In this document: positions 61,794 to 64,000 of the stretch, piece after piece | How the letters are laid out: each line of letters opens with the position of its first letter | Position numbering within the stretch: the first letter of the stretch is position 1 | DNA from: an uncultured virus (IMG/VR IMGVR_UViG_3300036766_000780) | Taxonomy: Duplodnaviria; Heunggongvirae; Uroviricota; Caudoviricetes | Direction: 5' to 3' (one strand) | IMG/VR virus record: IMGVR_UViG_3300036766_000780 | DNA: 64,000 bases | The notes under the pieces: generated by a model | What the model was told of the DNA's origin: nothing | Seen by the model: the letters and a program-made list of their open reading frames with translations, nothing else | Database searches by the model: none | Made by a program: the position numbers and the translations under genes

Positions 61794-62854
61794 TATACAG
61801 AAACGCCTAAGCTTCTTAAGTAAGCTAAATCGTCGTCAGAAGTCTTAGAATCGGTCTTTTTAGGCTCAGTTGGAGCTAAGGTAGTTGCTTGTACGCTAGC
61901 AATAGGTTGAGCCGTAGTAGTTAATCCAGGAGATGTAACCGCTTTTGCGTTTAAAAGAGTATTAACAGGAACGCTTCCTTTGTTAATATCATTAGTTCCA
62001 TTTACTAATGGTGCCAATGTATTTTCCTCAACAGCTTCAGGAACGTCTCCCTCTAAACTGTCATTTTCTTTATTATTTCCAAGAATTTCGTCTACAGCGA
62101 AACTTCCTTCGTTTACTATTCTCTGAATCTGTTCTGCACCAGGAGAAGGATATATTTTTCCTAGATCAAAAGCTTCGTGACTTAACCTAGCAATCAAGTC
62201 TGGAGTTAAAACGTGCCTAACTGATTTTTCTACAATGCCGTATTCTTTTGTTTCAACTTTTTCCTTATATTCGCTAACGGTATATTGAGTTTCTCTGCCT
62301 TTCCCTGTTCTGTAGAAGTTGTAGAATCTACCATCTTCAACGGAAAGAGGATCTAATCCAGATTTTACTGCATTATCAATTAATCCAGTCTTGTCCTTAT
62401 TAGATAACTGAGCCATAGCCTTATAACCAACTTTAAGAAGTCCAATTTCTCCGTTAAGATTAACTGCGTTTACATAATATTTAGACTCAATATTAAATCT
62501 TTGAGTATCTTCATAAGAAGATTTTAACATTTCAGCAGATACTGACACGTCGCCTTCTTTATGTCTTTTAACTAAACTAGCATGATCTTTTTTTAATCTT
62601 TCAGATCTTAAAAATGCTGCCGATTCCACTTCTACCATTTTTGTTGTAAAATTTACTTTTCTACAATCTAAAAACGTCTCCATTTTACCTTTAGAGTTTT
62701 TATATCCGTAAACGACTGTATGGTATTTTCTCCAATGACCATCTTTAGCCAGAGAACCTAGAGGAGGAAGAATCCTATAGATGTTGTTACCATCTTTCAT
62801 TTTAAAAAACGTTTTTCTTGATCCGCCGTTGTAGTTCGCCTTACCCAATTCCAT
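61793..62854 (-). CDS. gp32-like single-stranded DNA-binding protein
   Basis: FKMKDGNNIYRILPP, YYVN, DP...GR, G.G.ETQY; acidic tail. Confidence 0.75.
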   Translation of the reverse strand: MELGKANYNGGSRKTFFKMKDGNNIYRILPPLGSLAKDGHWRKYHTVVYGYKNSKGKMETFLDCRKVNFTTKMVEVESAAFLRSERLKKDHASLVKRHKEGDVSVSAEMLKSSYEDTQRFNIESKYYVNAVNLNGEIGLLKVGYKAMAQLSNKDKTGLIDNAVKSGLDPLSVEDGRFYNFYRTGKGRETQYTVSEYKEKVETKEYGIVEKSVRHVLTPDLIARLSHEAFDLGKIYPSPGAEQIQRIVNEGSFAVDEILGNNKENDSLEGDVPEAVEENTLAPLVNGTNDINKGSVPVNTLLNAKAVTSPGLTTTAQPIASVQATTLAPTEPKKTDSKTSDDDLAYLRSLGVSV

Positions 62855-62865
62855 AAATTTTCTCC

Positions 62866-63603
62866 TTATTTGAGTTTGTTTCTTATTTCTAAGAGTTTGT
62901 TTTCTACTAATGAACTATTAACTTCTTCTTCGTCTAAATTAATAGTAAAAGTATTTCTATTTAATAATAACAGATCTTTATTAAGCTTGTCAACTATTTT
63001 TTTATCATTTGCTTTAATTAAGATAGGAACTATTTTTCCGTCGTATTCTTTATTCACTCCCTGAGTAGCCGCCTTATCTATAGCGTACACTCCGATTAGT
63101 TCTCCGCCAAGTTTATCGGTAAAAGCCTCTTTAGTTAGATTTAATACGTCTTCTCTGGTTTTTAGATTTCTTAAATATTTTTTATCAAACAAAACCATAG
63201 GATATTGTAAAATACCGATTCTGTTTGCTACTTCGTTAAAAGATCCCATCAGGACGTCGAATAATCCAGGAGAAGAAACTATGTTCTTATAATAAGCCTT
63301 ATCTACTCCATACACTATCTCTTGGAAAATCTCTTCCGAATCCGAAACAAAACAATCAAACTCAGATTCAGCTATTTCTGCAAATTTATTAATGCTTCCT
63401 TCTTTTCCGTCTAGAACTACGAATAAAGCTCTTTTTTGCATCTCATTTCTATATTTAAAATATAGTTCAATCAGATCATTTCTAGCTCTTTTAATCCTAC
63501 CTAGCCTAGTAGTGTAGGTTTGAGGATGTGCTCCTTGTTCAGGAACCTGTTTTGCTAATTCTCTTTTTTCTTTAATCGTTTTTACTAATTTTTCAAGATC
63601 CAT
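62866..63603 (-). CDS. hypothetical protein
   Basis: 245 aa ORF with RBS. Confidence 0.7.
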   Translation of the reverse strand: MDLEKLVKTIKEKRELAKQVPEQGAHPQTYTTRLGRIKRARNDLIELYFKYRNEMQKRALFVVLDGKEGSINKFAEIAESEFDCFVSDSEEIFQEIVYGVDKAYYKNIVSSPGLFDVLMGSFNEVANRIGILQYPMVLFDKKYLRNLKTREDVLNLTKEAFTDKLGGELIGVYAIDKAATQGVNKEYDGKIVPILIKANDKKIVDKLNKDLLLLNRNTFTINLDEEEVNSSLVENKLLEIRNKLK

Positions 63604-63843
63604 GTGTATTCTCCTATAATTTTAAATATAACCTTACCTTGCTTTCTGTGTCAAGTTCATTTTTAGCTATTTCTAGTTCTTCTAGTCCTGCGATATTATT
63701 TTTTGCCGTCTTTTCTATGGAAAACTTACCTTTCATATATTCTACTTTTAGATAGATCTCGGATTCATCTAGAGATATTGCTAAAGTGTGTTTGAGATTA
63801 TTACTTATCTTAACTTCCTCCGTTATCCGTCTCGGTATTTCCA

Positions 63844-63999
63844 TTATATGCCTTCCTTATTTAATATTTTTGAGCTTTCTTGAGCGGCTGCCTGGCTAGT
63901 TCCGTTCATAGGAGGAAATCCTACATTATTCCCACTATTGATAGCTTTTACTATACTACCATAATTTGATGAATAAAGCATAGACCCTACTACTATAAA
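63844..63999 (-). CDS. C-terminal fragment of an S8 subtilisin-like protease (truncated by the window edge)
   Basis: hand translation FIVVGS..SSNYGSIV..MNGTSQAA (GTSxA catalytic Ser motif). Confidence 0.7.
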   Translation of the reverse strand, partial: FIVVGSMLYSSNYGSIVKAINSGNNVGFPPMNGTSQAAAQESSKILNKEGI

Positions 64000-64000
64000 T

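Noticed and set aside
1..64000. stop-codon reassignment
   Set aside because: Long genes are intact in code 11, and TAA, TAG and TGA all terminate genes that abut the next start.
1..64000. complete DGR, retron or tRNA genes
   Set aside because: No reverse transcriptase motif, template repeat or tRNA cloverleaf recognised by eye.

Overview
AT-rich segment of a large tailed dsDNA phage genome (myovirus-like), read in the standard code, with no tRNA, rRNA or CRISPR array visible. 1-22.8 kb: dense + strand accessory region of small genes under consensus sigma70 promoters. It includes candidate anti-defence modules (Acb2/Tad1-like sponge, MqsA-type zinc ribbon, stand-alone Nlig-Ia domain), a DUF1566 protein with a DGR-like variable tip, two paralogous Imm5-like genes with hypervariable Ala-rich tracts, a KTSC/2OG-Fe(II) oxygenase fusion, and a phospho-/nucleotide-metabolism cluster (HD-kinase, metallophosphoesterase, CYTH, HAD, dNMP kinase, MazG). 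22.8-47.6 kb: + strand baseplate, tail and tail-fibre genes, with a GIY-YIG endonuclease and two antisense islets. 47.6-64 kb: - strand replication, recombination and RNA-repair block (PLP aminotransferase, ClpP, AEP primase, DnaB-like helicase, RNA ligase, two nucleotidyltransferases, HNH-like nuclease, DEDDh exonuclease, RecA, SSB, partial S8 protease). All family calls come from motifs read by eye; no database searches were run.
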